Shown piece after piece: positions 1-10,008 of a DNA stretch of 64,000 nucleotides. Origin of the DNA: a virus; the IMG/VR virus record IMGVR_UViG_3300025677_000006, positions 1 to 64,000 of that record; one strand, given 5' to 3'. The notes below the pieces were generated by a model. It saw only the letters and a list, made by a program, of their open reading frames with translations. It was not told the DNA's origin and searched no databases. The translations under genes were made by a program, and so were the position numbers. Every line of letters begins with the position of its first letter. The stretch's first letter is position 1.

Positions 1-2
1 AA

Positions 3-212
3 AAGGGGGGTGATAATGGTGATAATTATTTTAAAAATAATACTATTAACATTGATAATTACATGCACGGATTGAAGGACTGCCCGTATGGCGGGGGTAA
101 ACAGAATGGGAATTCAACTAATACCACAAAGGATGGGTATGTTTACTTCTACAAGGGCTTCGATACTGCAGATTGTATCGACTTCGTTTCAAGGGTGCTT
201 AATATACAATAA
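3..212 (+). CDS. C-terminal fragment (5' truncated by window edge) of a third paralog of the 852..2189 / 4521..6158 protein family
   Basis: The frame ending at TAA 210-212 translates to ...DCPYGGGKQNGNSTNTTKDGYVYFYKGFDTADCIDFVSRVLNIQ*. This aligns with the C-terminus of ORF 852..2189 (...ACPLNGGKLYGIPTNQPDSDFYFYKGLGESDCIKFVADVLNIK*). Confidence 0.5.
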   Translation, partial: KGGDNGDNYFKNNTINIDNYMHGLKDCPYGGGKQNGNSTNTTKDGYVYFYKGFDTADCIDFVSRVLNIQ

Positions 213-219
213 AAAAAAT

Positions 220-252
220 AACCCTTTCACAAAAACCGAAAGGGTTATTTTT
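220..252. terminator. Rho-independent terminator-like hairpin between convergent genes
   Basis: 9-bp stem AACCCTTTC / GAAAGGGTT with a 9-nt loop, followed by ATTTTTCA. It lies between the stop of the plus-strand paralog fragment and the stop of the minus-strand lipoprotein gene. Confidence 0.5.
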
Positions 253-270
253 CACGTATTTTATTGTTTA

Positions 271-771
271 TTATTGCTTTTTTAGTGTATATATCGCACC
301 AACAGTATTATAACTTTCATCTGGTTCAACCATTTTTATTTTCAATGTTTTTCTTGTTTTATCGTAAGACAGCACTTCAAATACTGTATTAGATCCTATG
401 GTTATTTTATTTTCGGTGTCATGTAATTTCAATTCCCAATTATTATTATTAATATTTTCACAATTAAAAAACCAATCACAATAAGCATCAAAGTATATAA
501 TATCGGTAGGTGGTGCTAATGTTGGTTTAATATTCAAATCAAAAATAATACTACCTTTTTTTTCTTCAGGTATTATAGTCGATGTGTAAAGTTCATCGCA
601 GTTGGTAATATCAGTGTTCATATACTCGGTGGATAGGTGCTGCCAATACCCCATAAGTTCATCAAGTTCAATGATGTGGTTGAACGTTGGGGTTGGTTCT
701 TCCTTTTCATCGCAAGCGGTATTAACCAATACCATTGCGAACATCATGATAATTAAGTTCAGTCTTTTCAT
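271..771 (-). CDS. Putative secreted lipoprotein (paralog of 3896..4411)
   Basis: N-terminal signal peptide MKRLNLIIMMFAMVLVNTAC with a Cys followed by an acidic stretch (CDEKEE). Shares the ELMGYW / EELIGYW motif with 3896..4411. Confidence 0.6.
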   Translation of the reverse strand: MKRLNLIIMMFAMVLVNTACDEKEEPTPTFNHIIELDELMGYWQHLSTEYMNTDITNCDELYTSTIIPEEKKGSIIFDLNIKPTLAPPTDIIYFDAYCDWFFNCENINNNNWELKLHDTENKITIGSNTVFEVLSYDKTRKTLKIKMVEPDESYNTVGAIYTLKKQ

Positions 772-851
772 AGTTTTCAGTATTTAAGTTTGATGTATAA
801 TACGATGGTATTTTAATAATGTTACAAAAAAATATAAAATTTTTATATTAA

Positions 852-2189
852 TTGTATTTATTGTATATGGAAAAAGAGGTTGAAATATTATTAGGAAAAT
901 TTAAACACGTTAAATCGGTTAATGTTGATAACGTTGATAAGATTCAACTAATTAATAGAGAGTCTGAATTAACCGAATATGATGTTTATAGTAACGTGAA
1001 CGCATCTGAAACATACGTAACTGAACGTGAAAGAAATGCAATTTATAGAATATATGGTAGAATTGATTATGTTTCAATGCTAAATGGTTTAAAACTTGAT
1101 TATAAATATACAACAGATTATTATGAATATAGAATTGATAATTCTAAAAACATTTTTAATTCATTTAAATTTTATGTAGTTAAACCATCTGATAAAGAAT
1201 ATGTTTCATTATATAGTAGTGATTTATCAATAAAAAAATATATTAGAAAATTTGAAGTAATCGCAACACCAAACAATATTGATATATATCCTGCAGGTTT
1301 TACAAATAATATTTTTGGTAAGCAAGTTTATGCGTTTAATGTTAATATTGACATTGATGTTAGAGAAATGTATGATTATTTAGGATTTCCATTAACTGAA
1401 TTATATTTAATGCCTTGTTATATTAAAAAAAGTAACGGATTTAATACATCTGAAACTATTTCTGGTACAACATGGGAATCTAATGGTATTGAGAAAAAAA
1501 TGACATTACCATCGACATTTGATTTTAATTTTAATGTTGGTGACGTTGTTGAAACAAATACAAATCAAATTATTGGTGATTTGGTTTATTATAACGAAAA
1601 TGAATTTAAACAAAACATTAACAGTACTCAGACTTTATACATAAAAACATATCATAAAAATTCAGATAATCAAAATTCAGGTATTGTTTGGAAATATAAC
1701 CCACTAATACCACTTAGGTTGAGATATTTAAGTAATGATTTGAGTTATGTTAGTAGTGCTGAATTTGGTGGGTTAAGAATTAACACATGTTTTAGTTATG
1801 ATACAGAAATTAGCGGTGAAGTTCAATCGATTAATGATAATAGTTATCCAATTGCAGCAAATGATATCAATACCAAAAGATTTATACGACCCAATTTACA
1901 CTGGACTGATTTTATTGAAGTACCAGAAAACCATATTAAAAGTTTTAATAGTATAGAGAAAAAGGGATTTAAATATATTGATGATGTTTTTAATATCGAT
2001 GTTAATGAATTGGGTTATTATCGTAACGGTGTAAACTCACCATCATGGGGTGGTGTTGCTTGCCCATTAAATGGTGGAAAATTATATGGTATTCCCACAA
2101 ACCAACCCGACTCAGATTTTTATTTTTATAAAGGGTTGGGGGAATCTGATTGTATAAAATTTGTGGCAGATGTTCTTAACATTAAATGA
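852..2189 (+). CDS. Hypothetical protein, paralog family B (copy 1)
   Basis: 445-aa ORF. Shares conserved blocks with 4521..6158: EYDV, ERE..YR.YG, KNI.NSF.FY.VKP, ATPN...AGF, ELYL, VWKYNP.IP.RLRYLS.D. Confidence 0.6.
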   Translation: MYLLYMEKEVEILLGKFKHVKSVNVDNVDKIQLINRESELTEYDVYSNVNASETYVTERERNAIYRIYGRIDYVSMLNGLKLDYKYTTDYYEYRIDNSKNIFNSFKFYVVKPSDKEYVSLYSSDLSIKKYIRKFEVIATPNNIDIYPAGFTNNIFGKQVYAFNVNIDIDVREMYDYLGFPLTELYLMPCYIKKSNGFNTSETISGTTWESNGIEKKMTLPSTFDFNFNVGDVVETNTNQIIGDLVYYNENEFKQNINSTQTLYIKTYHKNSDNQNSGIVWKYNPLIPLRLRYLSNDLSYVSSAEFGGLRINTCFSYDTEISGEVQSINDNSYPIAANDINTKRFIRPNLHWTDFIEVPENHIKSFNSIEKKGFKYIDDVFNIDVNELGYYRNGVNSPSWGGVACPLNGGKLYGIPTNQPDSDFYFYKGLGESDCIKFVADVLNIK

Positions 2190-2382
2190 TTTTCTAAAAC
2201 ATTAATTATAATTTGTGTTTTTTTAACTCTTTTTGGTTCTTCAAAGATTTTCCAAAGACCATGTGAGGATTCAATATTCTTTGGTTAGGTTTTTATAATA
2301 TCATATTTGGTGGATTTTGGTACTAAAAAATATTCAATTCCATACAAATTAATTTCTTTATGTTTAATAATTATTTAAATTT

Positions 2383-3024
2383 TTATATTTTTTGTTTAAT
2401 TTTTTGAAAAGAAAGTGTTAATTCCTTTAAATCTTTTTCTATTAAATTACCAATTTCATTTTTACTTACTTCTGAAATTAAATCAGTTTCAATAATTGCA
2501 AATAATTTATGTTCAAACGAAAATAAACATAATCCACCATACCTATAGTCAATATTTTCAATGGGTATCCATTCTGAATTACCAATCTTGAAATGTGTGA
2601 AATTTTCAGAATGAAAAACAATTGAATTATCATTAAATTCATCCACTATATATTCAATCAAACAGTTTTTTTCAACAAAATAAAAATCGTTTTGGGGTTT
2701 GATTTCTGGATTAATTACATCCTTTTCATATATTGATGATGGTGCTGTGGGTATATTATTAAATTTAAAATGAAAAGTGTCTTTATTATCAAATAGTATA
2801 TTGTTTCTTATTCTTCCTATATACCTTGTAATTAAACATTTTTCAACATACGTGACGTATTTAAATTCTTCATCAATAGTAATTCTCCATTTAATGGCTA
2901 TTATTTTCTTTGGTTTTATGAGTTTTATTATAAAATTCTTAAAACAAAGGTAATAGTAATAACCATATCCACTTCTTAAATATGGTAATATTTTAACATT
3001 TATAAAATTTTTTATTCTTTTCAT
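2383..3024 (-). CDS. Hypothetical protein
   Basis: 213-aa ORF with no recognisable motifs. Confidence 0.4.
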   Translation of the reverse strand: MKRIKNFINVKILPYLRSGYGYYYYLCFKNFIIKLIKPKKIIAIKWRITIDEEFKYVTYVEKCLITRYIGRIRNNILFDNKDTFHFKFNNIPTAPSSIYEKDVINPEIKPQNDFYFVEKNCLIEYIVDEFNDNSIVFHSENFTHFKIGNSEWIPIENIDYRYGGLCLFSFEHKLFAIIETDLISEVSKNEIGNLIEKDLKELTLSFQKIKQKI

Positions 3025-3138
3025 TTTAATATTTTTTTATTTCAATTTCATCATCAATATCAAACATTAAATTAATATTATTAAGTAATATTTTTTATTT
3101 CAAATTTATTACTGCCAATAATAGGTATGTTAAATCCA

Positions 3139-3672
3139 TTAACTATTAATAGATTTAATATGTCTTATTGATATTAAATTTTCATCATCATTCAAATCTA
3201 AAAGTTTAAATATTTCAATGAAATCTTCTTGATTTAATGGTAATTCATATTTTTTTTCAAGTATAATTTCACACCTATTTTTCAATAATATTTTTTCGTT
3301 AAATTCATTCTTTGCAACTATTTCTTTTATATATTCATAAACATAACCAATTTTTCTTAATTTAACTTCTATGCCTTTCAACAAAGAATTTATTTGAGAA
3401 ATTTTATCGTTCTTTTCGTTGAAGTCTAAAATATTATAATCTATTCCACGTTCCATTTTATTGTATTTAAATGCGTTTAATTCAGCACACAACTTTAGTT
3501 TTTTGTTTATTAATTTTTTTCTTTTAATTTCTAACTCTTTAAAACTTAAATTTGATTCCATCAATCTACTAAGTTGTGGATTATTACTATGAATTTTTTT
3601 CTTTGATAGAAAACCAATAAATAATTTCCAAATATGTTGAAAATATAAAAATATTCTTATTATTATTTTCAT
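3139..3672 (-). CDS. Hypothetical protein (coiled-coil rich)
   Basis: 177-aa ORF, K/E-rich. Confidence 0.4.
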   Translation of the reverse strand: MKIIIRIFLYFQHIWKLFIGFLSKKKIHSNNPQLSRLMESNLSFKELEIKRKKLINKKLKLCAELNAFKYNKMERGIDYNILDFNEKNDKISQINSLLKGIEVKLRKIGYVYEYIKEIVAKNEFNEKILLKNRCEIILEKKYELPLNQEDFIEIFKLLDLNDDENLISIRHIKSINS

Positions 3673-3895
3673 AAAAATTTTTAAATTTTTGTAAATATTT
3701 ACAATGTTCTAATTTTATATTATTTTGTTTAAAATGAAACGTTAATAATTATATTTTTTAATAAATACTTTTCATTCTATAAAAAATCATAAATTTTTAT
3801 AATTCTACTAATTATAATTATATAAAGACTAAATTGAATAATCCAAACTCACCACTATTGATAGTAGTGGTGAGTTTGAACTTAATGCTAAACAT

Positions 3896-4411
3896 TTACA
3901 GTTTTTTCATTGTATAAATTGAATTAATAAAACTCATACTAGGTTTAGTTTTAGTTAATTCAAATTTCAGTATTTGTTCTTCTTTGTTGTATTCCAATAC
4001 TTGAAATAATACACGAATTTCAAGACTAAGATGGTCAGCAAAAATAATTTGATTTTTTTCAATATCTATAAAATAATAATTTTGACTACCCCAATTACCA
4101 CCACACATATCATGAAATAAACCATAGCCCCAAGGTACACCATTATCATCCGTCCAAGGATAGTCATTATTAAATTCAATTTCTAAAAGTATTGCACCTT
4201 TATCATTAAGCCACATAAGGAATTTAACATCATCACATTCCGTATATGTATTACCATCATATTCCCATTTAATTGTAGTCCAGTAACCAATTAGTTCTTC
4301 AAAACTAATAATGGGAATTGGTTTTGGTGGTTCGGGTTCAACGATTTCTTCTTTTTTACAACTGGTTGCTACAACTATTGCAATCATCATAAAATAAATT
4401 AGTTTTTTCAT
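3896..4411 (-). CDS. Putative secreted lipoprotein (paralog of 271..771)
   Basis: Signal peptide MKKLIYFMMIAIVVATSC followed by KKEEIVEPEPP. Conserved EELIGYW motif. A 13-bp inverted repeat (3844-3877) lies just downstream. Confidence 0.6.
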   Translation of the reverse strand: MKKLIYFMMIAIVVATSCKKEEIVEPEPPKPIPIISFEELIGYWTTIKWEYDGNTYTECDDVKFLMWLNDKGAILLEIEFNNDYPWTDDNGVPWGYGLFHDMCGGNWGSQNYYFIDIEKNQIIFADHLSLEIRVLFQVLEYNKEEQILKFELTKTKPSMSFINSIYTMKKL

Positions 4412-4520
4412 GGCTTTAAATATTTTTTTGTTAGTTTATTTAGTGATACGAAAATAGTAAAAAAATGTTACAAAATATTATATTATTTTAATAACTATTT
4501 ATATAAACAGAAAGTGTTTT

Positions 4521-6158
4521 ATGGATAAACAGGTAAAAATATTATTGGGTGATAAAAAAAATATAGATTCTACAAATACTGATTTGCATGATAATATATC
4601 ATTAACGAATGAAATATCTGAAATTGTTGAATATGATGTTCATAAAACTATTAGTTCTAGTGAACAATATATAAAAGAAAGAGAAAATAGTGATAATTAT
4701 AGATTTTATGGTAAATTTGAATGGATTTCGCTATTAAATAACCTCAAATTTGGTTATAATGAATTAAAGGATTTTTTTAAACCAAGTGAAAATAATTCTA
4801 AAAATATTTTAAATTCATTTGATTTTTATTTAGTTAAACCAGAATTAAATTTAGATGAAGTAGAAGAACAGCCAAAAATATTAATTGATGAAAATTTTGA
4901 TGATTGGGTAATATCAGAACCAACGGATTATCCAAGAGGATGGGATGTTATTGTTAAGGGAGATTCTTATATGTCACAAACATTAGCAAATCAAGCAGAA
5001 TTAATAGTACATCCTAGTGGTATGTTACAAAATGGTACGATTCAAATGACAAAAAACATAATAGAATCCTATGGTACTTTGGTTTTTAAAACTAAAACAA
5101 CTGTATATGGTAATGTTGAAAATGATAGTTTTAGGGTTTTATTAAAATTTGATGATGATAATTATAAAGATTTTAATGTTTCTCTTACAGAAGATGGTGA
5201 AAAAACATATACTTGTGATATTGACAATGAAAATCCTATACGTAAAATAGTTATTATAGTAAAAGGTAATTCCCTAAAAGTTTATTTAGACTATATAAAA
5301 ATTGAATTATACAATGATTCTCAAAATATTAAAAGAAAATTTAAAGTATTAGCAACGCCTAACGATTTTACTATTCATAATGCTGGTTTTTCAAAAAATG
5401 TATATAACGAACAAATTTATTATTGGGATATTGATAAAACAATTAAACTTTCTGATTTTGCAAAAGATGATGAATACCCAATAACTGAATTATATTTATA
5501 TGCTAAATATATAGAATCAAATAATGGTAATAATGATTCAGAATTGTTAAAATTTTGCACTTGGATGTATGATGAAGAAGATGATGAATATGAAATGAAA
5601 ATTTTAAACAGTAAATTATTATCAATTGGTGATTATGTTACTAATAATGAAAATGAATATATTTCTGATATTGTTAAATATGATAAAAAAAATTATAATC
5701 AAGAATTATTGTTAGAACAAAAATTCAATATATATACTTTTCATTATAATGAAGATAATTTAAAAATAAGATTAGTTTGGAAATATAATCCATTTATACC
5801 GATAAGATTAAGATATTTAAGCAGTGATGTTTATAGTATTAGTTCTAATGATAGTATATATGAAAATATTGAACAAATACCAAAACATGCAATTGATATT
5901 TTGAATAATAATACATATATTTGGAGAGAAATTTTACCAGAAGGTTATTTTGAACCATTAACGAATATTGGTGTAGACCATCCGTTTTTAAATGATAATC
6001 ATTATATTTTTACACCAACAATATTTTCAGTTACACCCGATTTAAATGATATTACAACAAAAAATATATTTGATGAACTTTGGTATACAAAAAACGGTGA
6101 AATTACTTCAATTAAACCAAAAAATAATTTAGATGATATTGGAAAACCATGCTTATAA
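4521..6158 (+). CDS. Hypothetical protein, paralog family B (copy 2, with ~130-aa insertion)
   Basis: 545 aa. Aligns with 852..2189 over N-terminal, central and C-terminal blocks. Has an extra segment of about 130 aa near residues 120-260. Confidence 0.6.
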   Translation: MDKQVKILLGDKKNIDSTNTDLHDNISLTNEISEIVEYDVHKTISSSEQYIKERENSDNYRFYGKFEWISLLNNLKFGYNELKDFFKPSENNSKNILNSFDFYLVKPELNLDEVEEQPKILIDENFDDWVISEPTDYPRGWDVIVKGDSYMSQTLANQAELIVHPSGMLQNGTIQMTKNIIESYGTLVFKTKTTVYGNVENDSFRVLLKFDDDNYKDFNVSLTEDGEKTYTCDIDNENPIRKIVIIVKGNSLKVYLDYIKIELYNDSQNIKRKFKVLATPNDFTIHNAGFSKNVYNEQIYYWDIDKTIKLSDFAKDDEYPITELYLYAKYIESNNGNNDSELLKFCTWMYDEEDDEYEMKILNSKLLSIGDYVTNNENEYISDIVKYDKKNYNQELLLEQKFNIYTFHYNEDNLKIRLVWKYNPFIPIRLRYLSSDVYSISSNDSIYENIEQIPKHAIDILNNNTYIWREILPEGYFEPLTNIGVDHPFLNDNHYIFTPTIFSVTPDLNDITTKNIFDELWYTKNGEITSIKPKNNLDDIGKPCL

Positions 6159-6964
6159 ATAAAAAAAGATTAAAATTTTCAGGAAAAGATTTAAATATAA
6201 ATTTTCAATTAAATTCTAAAAATGATATTATTATTAATTCATTGAATAATTTAGTTGAAAATGTAGGTAATTCTTTAATTAATCCAATTATTGATGAAGA
6301 AGTCTGTAGATTTAAAAAATCTAATGTTGGTGGTTCTCAAATATTTTATTTTTATTTCAAAGGTAAAACATCACACTACAACGAATTTCCTTTTGAAAAT
6401 AAAATGTTTGTGACATATAAAACAAAATTTATTCAAAATAGTTTTTTTATATTTGATTTTTATGATAGTTTTAATTCCAACACACAAAATAAAATTTTTA
6501 GAACATATTTCACAAAATTTATTGACTATGCTAATGATAATAAACCGAAATATATAATAACAACAACAAAAGATACACAACTATCTTTTTTTGATGTTCC
6601 AATATCATATATAAATAAACAAGAAAAAAACGAATTTGGTTGTTTTTTAAAGTTAAGTTTCTATAATGCAGAAACGGGTATTTTATCATTATTTTATAAT
6701 TATGCAAAATATAATAATCAGTTGATTAATAATACTGAAGAAATAATGTATTTTGATGTTATTTTTAATAAAAAAGAAAAAACATGGTACTTTAAACCAC
6801 AACCACCAATTTTATCTGAATTTAAAGCCTATGAATTACCAAAATCACAATATGTTGATAAAATTAATAATACATTTAATAAAACTAACTATATTCAACA
6901 AAAATATCCAGAAGGTGGGAATAAATTTAATCCTAATACTGGAACATATACTAATGAACAATAG
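6149..6964 (+). CDS. Hypothetical protein
   Basis: 271-aa ORF that overlaps the upstream gene end, suggesting translational coupling. Confidence 0.45.
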   Translation: MLINKKRLKFSGKDLNINFQLNSKNDIIINSLNNLVENVGNSLINPIIDEEVCRFKKSNVGGSQIFYFYFKGKTSHYNEFPFENKMFVTYKTKFIQNSFFIFDFYDSFNSNTQNKIFRTYFTKFIDYANDNKPKYIITTTKDTQLSFFDVPISYINKQEKNEFGCFLKLSFYNAETGILSLFYNYAKYNNQLINNTEEIMYFDVIFNKKEKTWYFKPQPPILSEFKAYELPKSQYVDKINNTFNKTNYIQQKYPEGGNKFNPNTGTYTNEQ

Positions 6965-6968
6965 TGTA

Positions 6969-7733
6969 TTATATAATTGTTGTTGTAAATCTTGGTTTTC
7001 TTGTGGTTTTTACAATTTCATAATCCTTTTCATCACGAATATAGCCCAATAGTTTTAATGTGTATTTAGAAACAAAATATCTATCACCATCAATATTTTC
7101 AATTGGGTTTGATTCAGTAAATCCTTCAAAAAGTAAAGGTAAAGGATTACCATTAATATGGATATAGTCTTGACGTGATGCAAAATTTCTTAACACCTGT
7201 TCATCATACTGATTAACATCAACACGATATTTGGTGAATAAAACAACTTCATATGTTAAATCAACATTAACGGGTTCTGGCATTTTAAATCTTAAATAGA
7301 TTACTTCTCCTTCATCAAGTATTGGAACATCCATATACTTAAATTTACGAAGTTGTGGCACTAAATATTTATTACCCAATCTAGTACCAATTTCTTTATT
7401 AATTCTTCTAATGGTTACATATGGTGTTGGTACGTTTTTATCATCGTCAACAAACTTCCAAGTTTTACTATATTCACCCCATCTGTCATTATCCAAATAG
7501 AATGTGGGAACTATTTTACCATCAATCACAATTTTAAGATTTTTTGAATTGATATGGTTAAATATACCCCTATCCATATCTTCTAAAAGAATTGTTCTTG
7601 GTAAATAATTCGTTTTAATATCGGTAGCATTCATCAATTCTTCAATTCTATCCATACCATATTTAAGGTATTCACTACCAATTTTTGGTGGTCGAATATC
7701 AAGTTTTGTTTTATTTTTTTTTGGAAGTGCCAT
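6969..7733 (-). CDS. Hypothetical protein (possibly structural)
   Basis: 254-aa ORF, no diagnostic motif. Confidence 0.45.
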   Translation of the reverse strand: MALPKKNKTKLDIRPPKIGSEYLKYGMDRIEELMNATDIKTNYLPRTILLEDMDRGIFNHINSKNLKIVIDGKIVPTFYLDNDRWGEYSKTWKFVDDDKNVPTPYVTIRRINKEIGTRLGNKYLVPQLRKFKYMDVPILDEGEVIYLRFKMPEPVNVDLTYEVVLFTKYRVDVNQYDEQVLRNFASRQDYIHINGNPLPLLFEGFTESNPIENIDGDRYFVSKYTLKLLGYIRDEKDYEIVKTTRKPRFTTTII

Positions 7734-7873
7734 TATTAGTTTTTTTTATAAATACTTATTTTTTTATTAATAATGGTTATATGTTTATTGGATTTATATA
7801 ATATTAATGTAAATTTTTTTGAAATTTTGTTTTTTATAAAATTAAAAATATCTTTGTATAAAAAAAATAAAAC

Positions 7874-8218
7874 ATGTTAGTTGAAAAAAAGGTACATATA
7901 GAAAATAATGAAATTGGATATGTTGATGCAATATATAATTCACAAAATATATTAAAAAGTACATATTTTCCCAAAAGTGAAAAACTTTATATTGTCTTTA
8001 ATAAAGGAAATACATATTCATATTTAAACATAACCCAAGAAATTTATGATGATTTTGAAAATGCAGAATCCCAAGGAAAATATTTTCATAGTAATATAAG
8101 AAATAATGAAAAATATCCAACATATAAAGAGTATAAACTATATCCCAATGAAATTGATGAAATAAAAAAAATAATTTCAGAATGGAAAAAAAATAATCAA
8201 ATTTTGGATGATGAATAA
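7874..8218 (+). CDS. KTSC-domain-like small protein
   Basis: Pattern ..YIVFNKGNTYSYLNITQEIYDDFENAESQGKYFHSNIR resembles the KTSC domain (V.F..G..Y.Y..V....Y..L..A.S.G.YF...I). Confidence 0.4.
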   Translation: MLVEKKVHIENNEIGYVDAIYNSQNILKSTYFPKSEKLYIVFNKGNTYSYLNITQEIYDDFENAESQGKYFHSNIRNNEKYPTYKEYKLYPNEIDEIKKIISEWKKNNQILDDE

Positions 8219-8513
8219 TATCACAATTGAACAATATGATAATTTATTTCTTTTAGTTAAGAAAATACTTGAATTTTATTCCGATGAAGAAAATTATAAA
8301 TTACCATCAAGTGATTCAAAATTTAAAGATAGAAAAATTATAATAGACAATGGTACACAAGCAAAATTTGCATTATCAAAGATAGATGAACTGATAAAGT
8401 TTAATGAAGATATTGATAATGAATATTTTGAACGTTTAAATAATGAAGATATTACTGAAAATAAAATAAATGAAATTTTTAATAATTTAGATAATTTAAC
8501 AAAAAATTTTTAA
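8208..8513 (+). CDS. Hypothetical protein
   Basis: 101-aa ORF. Confidence 0.35.
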   Translation: MMNNITIEQYDNLFLLVKKILEFYSDEENYKLPSSDSKFKDRKIIIDNGTQAKFALSKIDELIKFNEDIDNEYFERLNNEDITENKINEIFNNLDNLTKNF

Positions 8514-8532
8514 CTATTAAAATTATAAAGAA

Positions 8533-9762
8533 ATGGAAAGAAGAAATGAAAATCAAACAAAAATGAACGCTATGAAATCTCGTTCAATTATGATGATTAC
8601 ATCACTTGTTGTAATTTCTGCATTAATTCTTATTGCAATTTTTAAACTATTTGAAACAAACAATGCAGGATATTATCAAGTTAAACAATCATTAATTAGT
8701 GGTAAGTTGAGTGTTAGAAATACACCTGGTACTTATATGCAAAATTTTGGAAAAATTACTACATATCGAATTACTGATGATGTAATATTAAGTAAAGAAA
8801 AGGGTGATAAAAGTCTTACTAATAGAGAAATTAAACCTGAACGTGTACTATTTCCGAATGGTTATGCCGATATTGATTTTGTTGGTTTATATGAAATACC
8901 ATTAGTTCCAGAAATTCAAATTGAACTTCATATTAAATATGGTAATAATTCTAATCTTCAGTATATGATTAAACAACAAATTACGGAAGCATTAAAAAAT
9001 ACTGCCACATTAATGTCTGCTGAAGAAGCATATTCCAATAAACGTTCTGAATTTATTCGATTATCGAAAGAACAAGCATTATTTGGTTTATATGAATCTA
9101 AAGTAAGAAGTGAATTTATTACAAATTCAGCAGGTCAAAATCAAGAAATTAAACATTATAGTGTAAATAGAGATACTACAGGAAAACCTATAATAATGAA
9201 AGAATCGTTGCTTGGTAAATATGATATCACTTTACCACAATTTAATATTAAGGATATGGATTTTGATGATAAATTAATAGCATTAATTGATTCAAGAAAG
9301 GATGCACAAAAAGCACAACAAGATGCTATTACAGAAAAAGCCAAAGGTGAAACACGAATTGCTAAAGAAAAAGCAGACCAAGAAGTTGATAAAATTAAAC
9401 AAGTGACAATTGCACAGAAAGAAAAAGAAGTCGCAGAACTTAATGCAGAAAAAGCATATAAAGTAGCAATGTTTAAGGCAAAAGAAGCAGAAGAAGAACG
9501 TAAAGCATTAATTTCAAAGGGTCAAGGTGAAGCAGAAGCAGCAAGACTTAAGGTTTCCGCAGGACTTACACCACAAGAACGTGTTGAATGGGAATATAAA
9601 ACAAAAGTTGGTGTTGCAACTGAACTTGCTAAAATTAAAGTACCAACAATGATTATTGTGGGAAATGAAGGTAAAGGTGGTGCAAATCCAATGGATATGA
9701 TTGGTGTTAGCATGGGATTGGATGTTATGAAAAAGATGGAAGATTTGAATAAAAACAAATAA
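8533..9762 (+). CDS. SPFH/band-7 (prohibitin/HflK-like) membrane protein
   Basis: N-terminal transmembrane segment (IMMITSLVVISALILIAIF). It is followed by an SPFH-like core and a long Ala/Glu/Lys coiled coil (KAQQDAITEKAKGETRIAKEKADQEVDKIKQ...). Confidence 0.65.
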   Translation: MERRNENQTKMNAMKSRSIMMITSLVVISALILIAIFKLFETNNAGYYQVKQSLISGKLSVRNTPGTYMQNFGKITTYRITDDVILSKEKGDKSLTNREIKPERVLFPNGYADIDFVGLYEIPLVPEIQIELHIKYGNNSNLQYMIKQQITEALKNTATLMSAEEAYSNKRSEFIRLSKEQALFGLYESKVRSEFITNSAGQNQEIKHYSVNRDTTGKPIIMKESLLGKYDITLPQFNIKDMDFDDKLIALIDSRKDAQKAQQDAITEKAKGETRIAKEKADQEVDKIKQVTIAQKEKEVAELNAEKAYKVAMFKAKEAEEERKALISKGQGEAEAARLKVSAGLTPQERVEWEYKTKVGVATELAKIKVPTMIIVGNEGKGGANPMDMIGVSMGLDVMKKMEDLNKNK

Positions 9763-10008
9763 ACAAACAATAAAATAAGGGAAGTGAATAATTTTTTAAT
9801 ATTTAATTTAATAAAAAAAAAAATAAAGCCATGATAAGTTTAATTATTTTTGGAATTATAATTATTTTATTTGTTTATTATCTTATTGTAATAATAACAA
9901 TATTTCAAAGAAGTGAATTTTTTGAAAAAAATAATAATTTTATTAAGTCTTTTATTCCATTTAAAATGTTTTTTCTTAAAGGTTATAAAACAAAAGATAA
10001 ATAAAATT

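Noticed and set aside
88-285. ORF of 65 aa at the window start
   Set aside because: It overlaps, in a different frame, the clearly conserved C-terminal fragment of the large-protein paralog (3-212). Its sequence is low complexity, and it runs across the terminator hairpin.
9913-10008. Upstream ATG giving a 189-aa dUTPase ORF with hydrophobic N-terminus
   Set aside because: The first 32 residues (MNFLKKIIILLSLLFHLKCFF...) are AT-rich low complexity that overlaps the preceding intergenic region. The dUTPase core begins at the internal ATG 10009, so the shorter model is preferred.
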